Assembly: GCA_028534125.1 (NCBI GenBank)
Contig: CM052816.1
Coordinates: forward strand, 70,868,001 to 70,932,000
Origin: Lama glama
Lineage: Eukaryota
Reading direction: 5' to 3'
DNA length: 64,000 bases
In this document: piece after piece, positions 12,373 to 24,762 of the stretch
How positions within the stretch are numbered: the stretch's first letter is position 1
Layout: each line of letters opens with the position of its first letter
Translations under genes and position numbers: made by a program
Notes under the pieces: model-generated
Told to the model about the DNA's origin: nothing
Database searches by the model: none
What the model saw: only the letters and a program-made list of their open reading frames with translations

Positions 12373-15264
12373 CTTAGAATATCCATTTATTAACAAGATG
12401 TATCTACAAGATGAAAGAAGTAGACTGCATGTATACAATTATGTAATATGGATGGAGTGTTCATGAAATTCATTCCACTGGAATGCACTAATTCTTAGAT
12501 GAACTGAGATGTTTTAGAGGGTTAGAAAGAACTGGATAAAAACAATTGACATTGCTGGAAGACCCTCTCCCACAATCAGTGTTATGAATAATTCCAACAG
12601 TTTCTTCATCTCCCTTTATTTTTAGGATTCTGGAAGGGACCATCCAGTTAGCAAAGTCACCTGTGGCACCCTGCTATTTTATGAGTAGGAAAGATAGGTT
12701 CTGGCTCTTTTTGTATCCATCGCCAGAGGCAGAACGTTCTCCAGAATTAAAAAGAGAGTTTGGATGCTGAAATAGCAAAACTAAGTGAGCACTGCTATTC
12801 CTAGCAGGGATTTCCCATTTATATTCTCGATTGTTCCTAAACTAAAGGTGGTAAAGTACTGTTTCCTAGTAGTAGTCAGCATGTTGACCTTGAATCTAAA
12901 TCATACTTAGAACTGTAAGATACCGGGTTGTTGAAAATTGTAAGGCACTTTACTGAATAAAGACAAAAACTTAAGATAGTGAACAAATTATTTCACATTA
13001 TCCAAACAACATCTTATAATGAGCTACCTTGTAACTTAAAATTGATATTGTGCTGAATCTCAGGTTATCATTAAACACTGTTATGAAGAAATTAAAGTTA
13101 ATTGTTGTGATCCTGACCTCCAAGTAAACCTCTATAGTAAGGTATCACGTTCCACCCTAAACATTTGTCAAATGTTTTGTTCTCTATAGGGAGCCATCTT
13201 CTAAAATAAATGTTATTTGATAGGAAGAAACCTGAAGAAGGTTAGTTGCTTGTATATCAGTATTCATATTTAAAAGTTTAGGCACTTTCAATAAATCCTT
13301 TGAGTGGCATATTTCTTGGAATGTGATAAAGCCCCTACTTTACAAACTCTTTTTTAATGGTAAGTCTCCAATGAGAAGGCATGCTTAATTGAAAAGAAGG
13401 TCACAACCCTTTTCACTTGCACTAGAAAGGTCGTTCCAACACCGCTAATTTTGAAGAGAACCAAAGAAGTAATTAAGCTGCCAATAATTATAGAAGACTC
13501 TTGAAGAATAAATTGCCCTTGACCCCTATTTATTTTGGTCAAGAAACATCTTAGGGATTTTATTATTATCTATGGCTGGTACTACATGTCAATCTTTTAT
13601 TTCATGCTAAAATAAAGTCAGGGCAGAAAAATGATACACTGAGAAAAGAACAATGGCTGATGTCTGTAATATGTACTTACTTTAAAAATATAGATCCACA
13701 ATTTAAAACTCTAGAAATATTAGTGTTGGTTTGTTATATGACCTCTATACTCTTTGAAGCCTGTTCAGATCATCCTTGATGGACATTGGACAGTGGTAAC
13801 CGTTAACATACTTTTCTACTTGTGTTAGCTACAACTCCAGATGCCTGCTTTTATCCCCTTTGGACTTACTAGGAGTTCTTAGAAAAATCAAGATTTAAAT
13901 GTTTTTATCATTTTATTAAAAAGAAGCTGTTTAAAATAAATATTTAGAATAGTAATTCTGAATTGCAAGTAGGGTTAGAGGTAAGTACCTGTCAGGTAAG
14001 AATAGAATGAAGTGAGAGGCACTTTGGAAGGGGAGTTATATATAGTATGGAATAGCATATTTGACATAATTATTTTATTTTGATTAAATTAATTTTATTT
14101 TTAAATGTCAGATAACATTCTAGTTAGATATTAAGGCAGATATAAGTGTATTTGTTTATTGATTTTCCAAAGTGAACATGAGTTAAATATGGTTAAAAAT
14201 TTTGAATTTAGAGAGTTATAATTTTTCATCTTAAATGATGGGTCATCAAAAGGCTCTGTGATAATTATGATTCTCTAAAGCTCAAAAATTCTAAGATGTC
14301 TCACCAAATGTTAATCATTTCACCTGGGTGATGGCTACAAGGGAGTTCATACAATTCTCCCTTCTTTGACATGTTTGAAATTTTCATAAGAAAAGTTTTA
14401 TGATTTGGGCCTACAATGACCTAATAGCTTGAAGTAGTCAATGATGAAAAAAACTATGTCAGAAGTATAAAAATATTTTTGGCAGGAGAAGAGTAAATAC
14501 ATATATGTGCATTTTTTAAAAAATAAAAAATAATAGTAGGAAGTTGTGTTACCAGTTTTGTGATGAAGGATGAGAGAGATATAGCATCAGTACCTGCAGT
14601 AGGGTGGACAAAGCTTACCGGAGGGACATAGAGTTGTAGGAAAGTGTGAGAGTGCATGTTGGGCGTGGAACAGGAGAGACCAGATTAAGAGACAGTGAGA
14701 GAAATAAGTAGAGAAAAGGGAGCACACAAGCATAGACTAGAGCAGAGAGAAAGTGAAAAATGAGCATTAATCTCATAGAGAGGAGGAAGCTCCTGAAGGA
14801 GGTAATAGATTTTAACTACCTAGTATACAAAGAAATCAACTGTTTTAAAACCTAGCAACATTTATCTTCCAAGTGACCATAATAGCCTCTTGCTAAATTT
14901 GTGTCCCAGTTCACTGCTAATCCTTCTCTCTCTTTAATTTCTTCTTTCATCTTCAATACTATTTTCTAGGGACATTTGGCAATTTCTAGTTTATGAGAGA
15001 GTTAAAGCTAAGTAAATTATTGAAATAAGGAAGCCCCTGGTTACAAATGCATTTGTTTATTTTTATGGAAGGGGTGGGAAAAACCTAATGGGGATAGGCA
15101 AGTTATAGAAGCTAAAACATTTGGGAAATTTTTCTGCAGGTTGAATGAAGTTAAGCACAGAACCTCATTCTTTCAGTAGATTTTTGGTAGGTCATTGGAA
15201 TAATTGGCTTCCTATAAATGATGGGATGAATAAAAGACTTCCATAGAACTAAAAGTCTGGTCAG

Positions 15265-16001
15265 TGGTTTGTTCTTGGGTTTTTCTGGAGTATTTTCCAA
15301 CACCAACAACCAGTTCTCTGCAGACACCAACTTAGTGTCCTACAAGTCAGTTCAATTCTGATGCTAACTGCCTGGAGTTAGCACAAACCTCACAGATTAA
15401 GGACTCAGTCCCTCAAGACTTCCTCCACTTCAGATGCTGGTAATAAGTTCCAGGTTGTCACTGGTACTTCTGACCAATGAGTATAAATCAGGGGTTCCCA
15501 GGAACCCCTCCTCAGATTCGAGATTTTGCTAGAATGGCTCCCAGAACTCAGGGAGACACTTTATTCACATTTACTGACTTATTATACAGGAACAGCCAGA
15601 TGGAAGAAATGCATGGGGCAAGCTATGAGGCGGGGGTGAGGGAGGCACAAATCTTCCAAGTCTCCTTGGGTGCACTGACTTCTCAGCACCTTGATATGTT
15701 CACCAGCCCAGAAGCTCATCTAGTTTTGTCATTCAAAAGTTTTTATAGAGCACAGTCTCCAGCCCCACCTCTACTTTCCTAGAGGTAGTGCTGAAAGTTC
15801 CAATCCTCTAATCGCTTCATCTTTCTGGTGGCAATCTATGGATCCTGACCTAAGTCAACTCATTGGCATAAATGCAAGTGTGTTCAAAACGGGTTCCTAA
15901 TGGTGACAAAAGATGATTCTTTCACTCAAGAAATCCAAGGGTTTTAAGAGCTATTAGCCAGAAACAGAAACAAAGACCAAATATATTTCTTACAATGCCA
16001 C
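15265..16001 (-). mobile_element. Solo ERV LTR (MER21-like)
   Basis: The reverse complement starts tgtggcattgtaagaaatatatttggtctt. Internal motifs ttcaattctga...ctggagttagc...ggactcagtccctcaagact are typical of this LTR group. Confidence 0.75.
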
Positions 16002-16604
16002 AATTTTAAAGGAATTTTTAAAAATAAAAATTTTACTTCATTTCAAATTCTTTTAAATTAAAAAAGTATAGTTTATGAATAATTACCACCAATTAATCTC
16101 TAATGAGTTATATAGTAGTTGATGATCAACATGTTGCTTTGATGGACTTGTGCTCAGCAAGAAACATTTTCTCTCATATGTCCTGTTTGGAGGTTCCCTG
16201 GCTCTGGTGGTATGAACCTATTTAAAAGTTCAAGTCCTAAGCATAATGCGCCTTTTGTAGAAGGAATAATTTTTCATGATATTCCTTTTGTAGAAGAAAT
16301 AATTTGTATGTATATTTTTGATTATCTTCTCTTTGTTTTGCTATCTTTTAAAAAAATCACTCCATAGTTAATATACATTATTCAACAAATATCTCTCCCA
16401 AATAAAGGAAGTTCTTTTTCCTCCCTTTTCCCATTTTTTTATAATCCCTAGTCAATTAACCAAGTAATCTATATTTAAAATGAACAATCCTCTCTGAGGA
16501 GGGCAAGACTATATCCTGTAATAGAAATTCTCTGTGAATATCATTTGCAGTAAAGCATGAAGTCCTGGTTTACCAATACTTCAGGACAGGTTAGTTCTTC
16601 TGTT

Positions 16605-16750
16605 CCATTATCCCTCCTTCCTTCCCTTGATCTCCTCCCTCCTTTTCTTCTCTGTTTACTCCCTTTCTTCCTTCCTCTCTTCTTTTTTCTTTCCCCTTTC
16701 ACTCCTTCTGGCTTTCTCCCTTCCTCCCTGCTTCCTATCTCTCTTCCAGT
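16605..16750. repeat. CT-rich low-complexity tract
   Basis: Nearly pure pyrimidine on the + strand. It explains the biased ORFs 16541..16753 and 16557..16763. Confidence 0.9.
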
Positions 16751-16769
16751 CACTTTTTATTGATGGACA

Positions 16770-17275
16770 GTTAACTTCCTCAGACTTAGTGATATAAAAC
16801 AACAAATATTTTGTTATGCTCACTGTTCTTTAGGTCAGGAATTCAGGAAGGGCATAATAGAGATAGCTTGTCTCATTTCCACAATTCAAGTGATTGGATG
16901 CTAGAATCATCTGGAGATTTAACTCCTTTGTTTGGCATCTCTATTGGAATGGTTCATGTTGGCCACAGCTGAGTCTGAACACATGCAAGGTCGCCTCTCC
17001 AGGTGGCTTGATCCTTCTCCCAGCATGGAGACTTCAGGATAGTCAGACTTCTTACAGGGTGTCTCAGGACTACAGGAGTGAGTGTTTCAGCAGTCATGAT
17101 GGAAGATGAATACACTGTTGTGACCTTGCTTACAGAAGTCACATAGTGTCAGTTCTGCCACATTTTACTGGATAAGGTGGTCATAAGGTCACTCTGATTC
17201 AAGGAGAGGGGATAGAGATCCCACTTCCATGTAAGTGTCAAAGAAATAACAGCCATATGTTTTAACTGCCATACT
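16770..17275 (-). mobile_element. MaLR LTR (MLT1F/G-like)
   Basis: acttagtgatataaaacaacaa...atgctcactgttct...ggtcaggaattcaggaaggg...agaagtcacatagtgtcagttctgccacatt. Confidence 0.75.
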
Positions 17276-18709
17276 TCTTTTCTCTTAAGGAGAGTTGAAA
17301 CTTCGCCTTCACATCTGCCTGTGCTATAACTGTCCATGAGAATATATTTAGTGAAGTTTGAACCAGGATCCCTGCACTGAATGAAGACCCTTAACTCATT
17401 TCTGTGAAGTGAAATATCTCATCTGAGTGAAAGATTAATAAGTAAACCTGTTGACCTGAAAAGCATACCACGTTTAAATTTTATTCCTTTTAAGTACTCT
17501 GGAGCATTAACAGTAAAATAGAGTAGTATTAAAACTGCCTATAATATCTATATCCTGCTTTTCTCAAGTGGCTTTGTCAATGGGCCTCACTTCACACAGT
17601 CTGAGTTGAGAGGTCCCACTTCCTTCAGAGAAGCTCCATGCATGAAATGGAGCTCATGTGATTGAGTCATTGTTCCTTTCTCTTCATCTTCACTGATAAT
17701 CAAGAGGTGACCTGTAAGTACAGGAATTATATTTCGTAACTAAAACAAAAACAATACCTGAACTGAATCAAAGAGAAAATTACTGGAGAACTTTCTGTTT
17801 CTTATTTCGACTGGGAATGGCGTACCTGGCATGTTTCAGAGACGAGCCACCTGTGTCGTATCACTAAATAGAGACATAACAGTGAAACTCTCAACATCTT
17901 TTAGACACTGTAGATTTCTCAGTTCAGTGGTTTTGATGTTGATGGAGACAGACTTCCCTTGAAAGCGCAATGATCTGCATGCCTTTTGATCAGTGTCTTG
18001 GTGAAGACTAATATTATTTCACATGAACCTAGCAAGACTAAGTTTCTTTATTTCTCTGTGAAATAATAACACATGGGCTTTCAAAAGATTTAATACGAGT
18101 CTTGTTAATGAATGGCAACTGCTTATGGGGACACTCTGCCTGATTGAGGATGAGGGTGTCTGTAAATATATCTACAAAGGAAAGGTTTGTTTTCTGTAGC
18201 ATTTCAAACAACTCGACTAGGTACTTAGGCGACATGTCTGTCACTTCAAACATATTAGTATTGAAATTGTAGCACTTCACAATTGAAGTGTATTACACAC
18301 TTGAGATACAGTAAACTACTGTATTTGAATTGAATCATACAATCATAGATATTAGAGCCAGAAAAGACCTATTAGGTTATCATGTCCATCCACTGTCATT
18401 TGGTATTGTTATTTACAACACATTGTTGCATCTAGAGTTAAATGCCTCAAACAATAGGACTTCTACCAGAGAACACTTTCTTTTATTGTCTAAAGGACTT
18501 GCTCATTGAAACAGTTTTTTTCCTTAAATTCAGCTGAAATTTATTTTTTGCTCAATTTCACTCCAATGTTATCATACCTCAATCCCCTTCCTGTAACCTT
18601 ACTTCTATTTTATCGCTTATTGTAGTGGCACTGTTTTAAAGACTGATACATTTAAAGATCATACTTTAAACTTCAAAAATATAATTTCCTTTCTGCCCAA
18701 ATTATGTGA

Positions 18710-19140
18710 TGCTTTAGGTTGGCTTCCCCCTAGAAGTGGACACTGAGACAAGGATATGAGTGTAAATAGTTTACTTGAAGATGTCCCCAGGACGTGCTTG
18801 GAGGTGACTGAGGAAGAGAGATAAGAAAGAGCAGAAAATCAGTAAAGGGTGAATGATCAAACCAGTGCCATTATAGGTAACTGGCTTTTAATCCTAATGC
18901 AGATGTTGATGATTTGTATAGAATATGTGCCTCAGAGTTATTCCTCTGGGAGTCAAGAAAGCTGGGGTATTTACATACCAACTCTTGTCAGCCATGGTTA
19001 CAGGCTGTTCATAAGGAATATTAATTTCCTGGCACTTCTGACCTACACTGCACATGGCAGATTGGTCTGCTGCCACAGACAAGGTTGTCAGAGCACTAAA
19101 ACTCTTCTATGCACTCAATGGTAAGTCCAGTGAGTCTGCC
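18710..19140. mobile_element. Old MaLR LTR (MLT1-type)
   Basis: ttaggttggcttccccctagaagtggacactgagacaaggatatgagtgtaaatagttta. Confidence 0.6.
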
Positions 19141-20117
19141 CAACAGGGTGATGTCCAGCCATCTTTGGAACTCCATGTGTACTTTTATTTGCACAAGCTT
19201 TATAATTTATTTTCCAGTAACTGTTTTCTCTGATTCAAAGTTATTTTATTTAATAAACTGGAAGCACTTCAAAAAGTTTTTGTTTTCTATAGAAAGGTAG
19301 CATTTGATATAGAAGGACATACGTTATTTTCAGCTGTACTTGATTATAAGTATGGTGACACTCTACTAGTGTTATATTTAACTAAAGGGATTAAACAATC
19401 CATATTTAAAGTAAAACTTAACTTTTGTAGAAAAAGCATGTTAGTGATTAAACATATATAGATGTGTATTTTTATTTCTGAATGTATTCTACTAGTACAT
19501 TAGTCATTATATTTTGATATAAAGCCAATCACGAAATGAACAGAATCTGTTTTGTTAAATTAGTTTAAGAAATCTTATATTTCATGTGATGAATGATGCT
19601 GAATTATTATATTTGTGCAATAACATGCTTCTCAAAACATTAAGTCTAATGGACACATTTCATTGTCTTTAATTCTAGTACCCAGTAATAAAGTTCAAAG
19701 TTTACAGCTTTGCTGCTATAGTCTTGAAACATAATAGTCGAATCATATTTATCCTATTTATCTGTAGTACCACATTTTCTAAAAAATGACACATTTTAGG
19801 ATGAAGTATTTACATATTGGCCTATTTTTTAGGATAAAATGATTGACGCTTTTAAATATTCAGTAGCATCTGAATAAATATATGTTTGGTCACATTTGAG
19901 GACTCACTTGTACTTAAAAAATTAATTTCATGAACTTAGAAATTTTCTGGGAAATCTGAATTTCTTTAACTTCACCTTTTGCTTCAATTTTCCCCAATAT
20001 TTTTTTAAATTGCCTTTTTAAAAATTTTGCATTTGCCATCCCAGTTTTTCTTTTTATTAGGATTCCTTTATTATCTATTTAGTTTCCAATGGATCAGTAA
20101 TAATGGCCTCTATTTCA

Positions 20118-20218
20118 TTTCTTTCTTTTTTTTTTCTAAAATGGAGATACTGGGCATTGAACCCAGGACCTGGTGCATGCTAAGCATGAGATCTACTACT
20201 ATGCTATACCTGCACCCC
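20118..20218 (-). mobile_element. Camelid Vic-1-type tRNA-derived SINE
   Basis: The reverse complement reads ggtatagcatagtagtagatctcatgcttagcatgcaccaggtcctgggttcaatgcccagtatctccat with A- and B-box remnants and an A-rich tail. Confidence 0.85.
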
Positions 20219-20549
20219 ACCAATTTTTCCTAATCTTTACAAAATTTAATCACATATACAAAAATTTGTCTATGGGTGATCTAATGGAGGAGTAAGAAAT
20301 AAGTAAGATATTACTCAAAGTAATCAAAATTGATAGTTATTTATAAAAGTTCATAGACTTGATTCATATAAGAAATTCTTAGTTTTCACTCTGAGCCTCT
20401 GTGGATTTACATTAAGGATAGTTATAACTAGAGCAGTCATCTGGTTTTCAATCCCATGATAGACTACAAGCAACAAAGTATTAAGATCAGAGTGTCTACT
20501 ACAAACACATAGGCACAGAGAAATGATTGTATTTGATAGACCAATGATT

Positions 20550-20700
20550 CTCCAGATCTCTAGGATCATCAGAAAATGGAAGGCATCACCTCCAGAATTT
20601 CTGATTCAGTAGGTCTAAACCAGTCCCTGAGAATTTGAATTTTTAACAAATTTACAGGTGATGCTGTTGTCTCAGGGACCACACATTGAGAATCATTGGG
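20550..20700. mobile_element. MER5A-like hAT MITE
   Basis: cacctccagaatttctgattcagtaggtct...ctgagaatttgaatttttaacaa...ggtgatgctg...gggaccacacattgagaatcattg. Confidence 0.8.
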
Positions 20701-21057
20701 ATAGACAATGAGAGGAGAAAAGCAGAAAACTATGTAGTTTTACATACCTTGTTAGTGAATAGAGGAAAGCCTGATATAAAACACTAGAATGGGACCATAA
20801 AATTTAGGTCTTGCCCATAACAGCAGACCCCATGGACACCACCATATTTTACATAGTAAAATAACATCTAGAGCGATAATTCTAACTTACCAAGATGTAG
20901 TACAAGTGTGTAAAAACCCATAAAGTAATTACTATATTTCAAAAATATATTCATTCAGTATAATTTAGTTAATAAGAAGTCTTTGCGAATAAAAGAGTAA
21001 AATATTAGCCATCTGGAAAATCCATCTATCCAAAACAAGTCATTGCCTGAGTGCTTT

Positions 21058-21520
21058 GTTTGGTAGGCTGAAGCATGGACCCTCCAAAGATGCCAATCTG
21101 CTAATCCCTGAAACCTGTGAATGTTAACATTTATGGGTAAAGAAACTTTGCAAATGTGATTAAATATAGGATCTGAAATGAGGAGATTATCCTGGAATAT
21201 CTGAGTGGGCGCAATGTTGTTAAAAGGGTCTTTATAATAGGAGACAGGAGATAAGAATGAGTAAAAGGCAGTGTAACAGTGGAAACAGAGTGAATGATGC
21301 AGCCACAAGCCAGGGGAAGCTTATAGTTTCTAGAAGCTGAAAGAAGCAAGAAATATATTCTTTGGGGACCCCAGAAGGAACAGGCCCTACTGACACTTTG
21401 ATTTTCACTCCGTAAGACTTATTTCAGACTTCTGACCTCGAGAACTCTGAGAGAGTCACTTTGGATTATTTTAAATTACTGCAGTAAAGTTTTACAAAAC
21501 CAATAAGGAAATTCTTACAC
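21058..21520 (+). mobile_element. MaLR LTR (MLT1C/D-like)
   Basis: tggtaggctgaa...ctccaaagatg...ctaatccctgaaacctgtgaatgtt...gagattatcctgga...tcagacttctgacctc. Confidence 0.85.
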
Positions 21521-21535
21521 CTCGTGAAGCCAAAA

Positions 21536-21560
21536 TGTTTGTTTGTTTGTTTGTTTGTTT
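21536..21560. repeat. (TGTT)n microsatellite
   Basis: About 6 perfect units. Confidence 0.9.
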
Positions 21561-21804
21561 AAAATAATGAGAGTCTATCAACACTGGATTTCTTAAATCT
21601 TATTATCTATCTGTGCATATGTACATGTATGCTAGGGCAGAAGTCCAAGGTAGGAAATAGTAGAGCATGCCATAGGGAAAAGTAGAAAGCAGTTAGATCA
21701 GAAAGGCTTTATATAGGATACTAAGGAGTTTAGGTTGCTGGAATTTTTGTTTGTTTGCTTATTTGTTTAATTATACCAAATGGGTTTCAGGCATTGTACT
21801 AAAT

Positions 21805-22130
21805 GAAGGTGTGGCACACTTTTTATGTAAAGGGCCAGACAGTAAATGTTGTAGGCTTTGTAGGCCAACAGGCAAAATAAAGAGTATTGTATAGGTACTT
21901 ACATAATAAAAGAAAACAAATTTCCACAGATATTTTATTGAACAAACTAAAAAGCATAGTTAATTCAGTATAACTTTCTTTAACATAGGTCAACTATGAG
22001 ATAAATAGAATTTTTTTCTTGGAGAGGTGATAACATTTGCGTAATTCAGGTTCAAAGTTAGTGTTTCCTGTGATCAAGACAATCACAAATGTTTATGTGT
22101 CAGTGCAGATAAGGATGCTAACCTGCATGT
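21805..22130. mobile_element. MER58-like hAT element fragment
   Basis: Terminal motif tgtaaagggccagacagtaaatgttgtaggctttgtaggcca. Confidence 0.65.
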
Positions 22131-22879
22131 TATACGTTTGGCTGAAAATGGCTTTAGCTTTCTGTGGCCTAGTCTTTACCTTATAGAATCATTTCATTTG
22201 TAATTGCCATTCATTTGCTCAGATCTCCGTGTTTCATTTTGTTTTGAGTTGATTTTCACTTCCAGTTGCTTCTTGTTTAATTTTTTACATTGTAAGTTAA
22301 AAAATTTAAATTTAAAATTATTTTTAAATTCAGCCTTTTCTGGATGGTTTGTTAAAGTGTATAGTGAAGCGTATTTTCATTAATAGTGTTACTGGCCTGT
22401 ATTTACCAGTGACTAGACTTTAAGATATTAATTCATTATAATTCAGATAAACCATCCGTACCTTTATTGTTAAAGCAGATATAATATAGACATAGACATA
22501 GACACATATATGCTACCTAGATGTCTATTTTTGCAGTGATAATTCACGACAGAGTAGTAACTGAATTTGTGTTAAATAAATTCATTGGGTTTATTTTATA
22601 AGTTATAATTTTAGAATATGCCTCCTATATATGTTGCTATTCTCTTGTAAATCAAACAAATATCTTAAAGACAGCTATTTTTTGAGATGTATACATCATT
22701 TAGGTTATTAATCTAAAGTTAATTGTACTTCAATAAAAAATTTAAAAAAGATTATTAACAAAAATTAAAAAATAAAGTTAATTGATAAAAATATTACTGT
22801 GACAAGGTTGAGGTTTGTAGGAAGGGAACGAAACTAGCTTTTATATTAATCAAGGTGTTTCAAGATACTTTTGGAAGCA

Positions 22880-23200
22880 GCAACTAAATAGCTTAAGCAA
22901 TGAAGAAATTTATTTTCTCACAAAACAAGTAATTTAGAGATAAACATTCCAGGGCTTAAAAACTTCAGTGTTACAACTATGTCATTATGCACCTGCATTC
23001 TTTCTGTCTTTCCTCTGTCATCTTCGGCATTCTGGCTTTGACCATAGGTTTGTCCCATATGACTGCAAGGTGGCTGGCATAGTTCTAGCGATCACTATTT
23101 CACATGGACCCGTAACAGTCGGAAAAAGGCAGTTTTCGATATCTTGTTCTTTTTGTTTTAATCAGAGAGGACTGCCTTTCCTACAAGTTTCCTAGAAACC
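22880..23200 (-). mobile_element. Old MaLR LTR (MLT1J/K-like) fragment
   Basis: gcttaagcaatgaagaaatttattttctcacaaaacaag...catatgactgcaaggtggctg. Confidence 0.55.
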
Positions 23201-23929
23201 ACAAATTTATTTTTTAATTAAAAATATACTAATAATTTGATATGATAGCAAATATTCAGTAGATCTTTACCAGATATACTACATAAACACATTTTGGGTG
23301 TTTCTGTTACGATGAGTTTATTTTTAGTTGTAAAACATCAATAGTCTACTGGAAGTGACTAGTGAGGGAAGGGGAGGAGAAGAGAATAAGAAAGATGAGT
23401 AAGGGCATAACCTACGAAGCAGAGGCAACAGAAACAAACCTCACTGCCTTGCTTGAAGTTTTTCTCTGTCTTAACCTTTAAACCACACCCTATGCTTAAA
23501 ATATTCTTTATATTTAATTTGTTAAAATTCAAATTGGCTATTATCCAATAAAGCACTTTAGAATTTCATTTCTCCCATAAGATAATCCTATTCCAAAGGA
23601 AAAGAAAGAATTAATTTTCAATTGATCTTTGCCCAAATAGTTCCTTCTCCCTTCCTCTTTGCAAATCATCTATTAAATGCATTCACATTTTAATTTATAA
23701 TGAGAAAATTTTTCATTATTTTTACTTATTTAATTTACTCTTTCCATTTGCTGTCTGTCACATAGATTGTTATAATAGTCATCCATGTGCTTTTATTATT
23801 TCCATTATTACCATATCCAATTCACCCTGCAAACCTAAGCTTAATTAATCATCATAAAAGACCATTATTTTGGTGCTATACTCCTCTCAGTAGCCCTTAA
23901 AACTCACACTTGATAGCTCTAACTCACGG

Positions 23930-24762
23930 TCTTTCTCCTGAAACCTGGTTTCTCGTCCAGTGGTTTCAGTCTCAGGAAATAAAACTCAACTATAACAATT
24001 CAAGTCAAAAACCTGTGTCTTCTTTAAACATCTTAAAACTAATCCGTTTCCAAGTCCTTTTAGCTTTTTCTCCTAAGTGTCTCTTAAATCTATTCATTTC
24101 TCTCCAGTTTTACTGCAACTATGCCAATAAATAGTGCAGTCACTCCTGTTGCAGGTATTGCAAAAGGTAGGCAACTGTTCTACCTCACCTACTCTGACCT
24201 TTCATCTGTTCAGTCTGCTCTTTACATGTATCTAGAAGGATCTTCAGAATGCACATCTAATCATATGATTATCTTCTCCCTCCTTCTGGGTACGCCATCC
24301 CATTTGCCTGTTTCTTAAAGTTTTTCAGTGGTTTCTACAACTCTTGGGATATATACCAAATTCCTGAATTGGACCTACAAGACACTAGCTATGAGGCCTA
24401 TATCTTTTTTTCTCCCGAACTCATCTTGAGTCATGTCTCTCCCTAGTCTATCTTCTCTAGCCCTGTTGGTCTTCTTTCAGGCCCTTATGAACTTTCCTTC
24501 ATCTCTTATTTATTTAGACAAATACTGGTTATTCTTCACATATCATCTCAAATACTCCTTAGGATGCTTTCTTCAACCTATCTATGTCAAATTTTTTTTA
24601 ATTTGCTCTTATGTCACTAAACACTCTTTTATTTGTAATAATTATAATTTTGTATTTATTTATGCTATTGTTTTACCTTTCACTAGATTGCAGGCTCCAT
24701 GAGGAAAGGAATTATATCTGGTTCTGTGGTAGATACTTGATACATATTTCTGAATGAATGAA
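23930..24762 (+). mobile_element. L2 LINE 3' fragment
   Basis: Pyrimidine-rich L2 body ending cactagattgcaggctccatgagg...tgaatgaatgaa. Confidence 0.75.

Noticed and set aside
16541..16763. Basic R/K/G-rich and hydrophobic ORFs
   Set aside because: They are translations of a CT/GA low-complexity tract.
18268..18326. Two adjacent short hairpins as a structured ncRNA
   Set aside because: The stems are only 7-8 bp in AT-rich DNA, and there are no convincing snoRNA box motifs.
20141..20218. tRNA gene
   Set aside because: It has degenerate stems and an A-rich tail, consistent with a tRNA-derived SINE.
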